Assembly: GCF_000829235.1 (NCBI RefSeq)
Contig: NZ_AP012549.1
Span: 210,001 to 242,000, forward strand
Direction: 5' to 3'
Source of the DNA: a cyanobacterium endosymbiont of Epithemia turgida isolate EtSB Lake Yunoko
Lineage (GTDB): Bacteria > Cyanobacteriota > Cyanobacteriia > Cyanobacteriales > Microcystaceae
Length of the DNA stretch: 32,000 nt
Part shown: in pieces, positions 30,092 through 32,000 of the stretch
How the letters are laid out: the number at the start of each line of letters is the position of its first letter
Position numbering within the stretch: the first letter of the stretch is position 1
The notes under the pieces: model-generated
The model's database searches: none
What the model was told of the DNA's origin: nothing
What the model saw: only the letters and a program-made list of their open reading frames with translations
Translations under genes and position numbers: made by a program

Positions 30092-32000
30092 ATGAGTGAA
30101 ACTCTTTATGAATACGCCTGGTTAATACCCGTCCTACCCTTAGTTGGGGCGATGTTAGTCGGGTTAGGACTTATTTCCTTTAATCAAGGAACTAACCGCC
30201 TACGACAGATAAATGCGGTCTTCATCCTCTCCTTATTAGGATTATCGATGGTGATGTCCTTCACTCTGTTATGGAGTCAAATTCAAGGACATGCTAGCTA
30301 TACTCGTATGATTGAATGGGCTGCAGCAGGCGATTTTCACCTTAATATGGGTTATACCATCGATCATCTCAGTGCCTTAATGAATGTTATCGTTACCACC
30401 GTTGCTTTTTTGGTAATGGTATACACTGATGGTTATATGGCACATGACTCTGGATACGTCCGATTCTACGCTTATTTAAGCATTTTTAGTGCATCAATGC
30501 TGGGATTGGTCATTAGTCCTAACCTAGTCCAGGTTTACATTTTCTGGGAATTAGTGGGAATGTGTTCCTATCTTTTGATCGGCTTTTGGTTCGATCGCAA
30601 AGCTGCTGCAGATGCTTGTCAAAAAGCTTTTGTAACCAACCGTGTAGGAGATTTTGGACTACTTTTGGGAATGTTAGGGCTGTACTGGACAACTGGAAGC
30701 TTTGATTTTCACATCATAGGTGAACGTCTCGAAGAATTAATTTCTGTAGGTACCATAGCCCCTGCTTTAGCTGCTGTATTTGCCATTTTAGTTTTTTTGG
30801 GTCCTGTGGCTAAATCAGCCCAATTTCCTCTCCATGTTTGGCTACCAGATGCAATGGAAGGTCCTACTCCTATTTCTGCTTTAATTCACGCTGCAACAAT
30901 GGTAGCAGCTGGAGTTTTTCTTATAGCGCGGATGTACCCTGTCTTTGAACAAATTCCGGTAGCAATGTCTACTATTGCTTGGGTCGGAGCGTTAACCTCC
31001 TTTTTAGGCGCGACTATTGCTTTGACTCAAAATGATATCAAAAAAGGGTTAGCCTATTCCACTATTTCTCAATTGGGTTACATGGTAATGGCTATGGGAA
31101 TTGGGGCGTATAGTGCTGGATTATTTCATCTGATGACCCATGCTTATTTCAAAGCTATGTTGTTCCTTTGTTCTGGGTCTGTTATCCATGGAATGGAGGG
31201 AGTTGTGGGTCATAAACCTATTTTGGCTCAAGATATGCGATTAATGGGTGGATTACGTAAGTATATGCCTCTAACTTCTTTAGCTTTTTTAGTAGGAACT
31301 TTAGCTATTTGTGGAATTCCTCCTTTTGCAGGGTTTTGGTCAAAAGATGAAATTCTCGGTCTTGCGTTTAAGGTTAACCCCACATTATGGTTAGTGGGTT
31401 GGTTGACTGCGGGACTTACTGCATTTTATATGTTCCGTATGTATTTCATGACCTTTGAAGGAGAATTTCGCGGCAATGATCAAGCTATCAAAAATCAATT
31501 GTTAGCTTCTTTGGATGCATCTTCTCCTTTTCCTAAATTCAGTCCAGGGGTAATGGAAATTAGTAAATCAGACCATGATAATGATCATGTACACGATCAT
31601 AACTGTTCTCCTCATGAGTCTCCTTGGACTATGACTTTACCCTTGTTGATTTTGGCGATTCCTTCAGCTTTTATCGGTTTATTGGGAAAACCTTGGGATA
31701 ACAGATTTGAAAAGTTTATTCTTACCTCAAGAGAAGTCATTGAGGAAACTGCTCATTTTGATTGGACCGAGTTTTTAATTATGGCCGGAACTTCTGTCGG
31801 TATTGCCGTCATCGGAATTACAGTTGCTTCTTTGATGTATTTGCAACATAAAATTGATCCCGCAGCAATTGCTAAAAAATATCCAACTTTGTATCAATTT
31901 TCTCTCAATAAATGGTACTTCGACGATGTTTATCACAATGTTTTTGTTATGAAGTGTCGTCGGTTAGCTCGTCAAATTATGGAAGTAGATTATCGTGTCA
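30092..32000 (+). CDS. ndhF: NAD(P)H-quinone oxidoreductase subunit 5 (NDH-1 subunit F, F1 type), 5' partial
   Basis: My own translation from the ATG at 30092 is open for 636 codons to the window edge. It reads MSETLYEYAWLIPVLPLVGAML...TIDHLSALM...VYIFWELVGMCSYLLIGFWF...AKSAQFPLHVWLPDAMEGPTPISALIHAATMVAAGVFL... The ORF is absent from the track only because it has no stop inside the window. Confidence 0.93.
   Translation, partial: MSETLYEYAWLIPVLPLVGAMLVGLGLISFNQGTNRLRQINAVFILSLLGLSMVMSFTLLWSQIQGHASYTRMIEWAAAGDFHLNMGYTIDHLSALMNVIVTTVAFLVMVYTDGYMAHDSGYVRFYAYLSIFSASMLGLVISPNLVQVYIFWELVGMCSYLLIGFWFDRKAAADACQKAFVTNRVGDFGLLLGMLGLYWTTGSFDFHIIGERLEELISVGTIAPALAAVFAILVFLGPVAKSAQFPLHVWLPDAMEGPTPISALIHAATMVAAGVFLIARMYPVFEQIPVAMSTIAWVGALTSFLGATIALTQNDIKKGLAYSTISQLGYMVMAMGIGAYSAGLFHLMTHAYFKAMLFLCSGSVIHGMEGVVGHKPILAQDMRLMGGLRKYMPLTSLAFLVGTLAICGIPPFAGFWSKDEILGLAFKVNPTLWLVGWLTAGLTAFYMFRMYFMTFEGEFRGNDQAIKNQLLASLDASSPFPKFSPGVMEISKSDHDNDHVHDHNCSPHESPWTMTLPLLILAIPSAFIGLLGKPWDNRFEKFILTSREVIEETAHFDWTEFLIMAGTSVGIAVIGITVASLMYLQHKIDPAAIAKKYPTLYQFSLNKWYFDDVYHNVFVMKCRRLARQIMEVDYRV

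Noticed and set aside
1-32000. Scan by eye for tRNA, tmRNA, SRP RNA, rRNA and HIP1 (GCGATCGC) elements
   Set aside because: No T-arm GGTTCGAATCC-like motifs, tmRNA ends or SRP RNA core were seen. Only degraded HIP1-like fragments (CGATCG) are present. Negative results by eye are not definitive.

Overview
AT-rich cyanobacterial chromosome segment, identified by a cyanobacterial-type RNase P RNA, NdhD1/NdhF1-like NDH-1 subunits and an Hsp16.6-like small HSP. Coding density is unusually low: supported genes cover about 15.7 of 32 kb (about 49%). Intact genes are rnpB, mfd, a 105-aa ORF, a KH-domain protein, rpsP, ndhD, and a three-gene ECF-type importer (membrane S-like component, fused double ATPase, T component). 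Also intact are a PaO/Tic55-like Rieske oxygenase, an ArsS-like radical SAM/Cys-rich protein, a membrane-anchored SH3b protein, a UPF0104/MprF-flippase-like membrane protein, hspA, and the first 636 codons of ndhF, which runs off the window. These genes sit as islands between 1.6-3.0 kb spacers saturated with stop codons. Reading the spacers by eye recovers fossil genes: an ABC ATPase, a glutathione peroxidase, an omega-3/Delta12-type acyl-lipid desaturase, an IS630-family transposase, and at least one unidentified gene. A set of perfect 19-32 bp inverted repeats persists inside this otherwise decayed DNA. I saw no tRNA, rRNA, CRISPR array, defence island or secondary-metabolite cluster, and I cannot point to a discrete new multi-gene system. 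The most noteworthy signals are the reductive-evolution signature (endosymbiont-like; inference only), the retained ECF importer of unknown substrate, the orphan ArsS-like gene, and the conserved hairpins. All family assignments rest on motif recognition from memory, with no database search.
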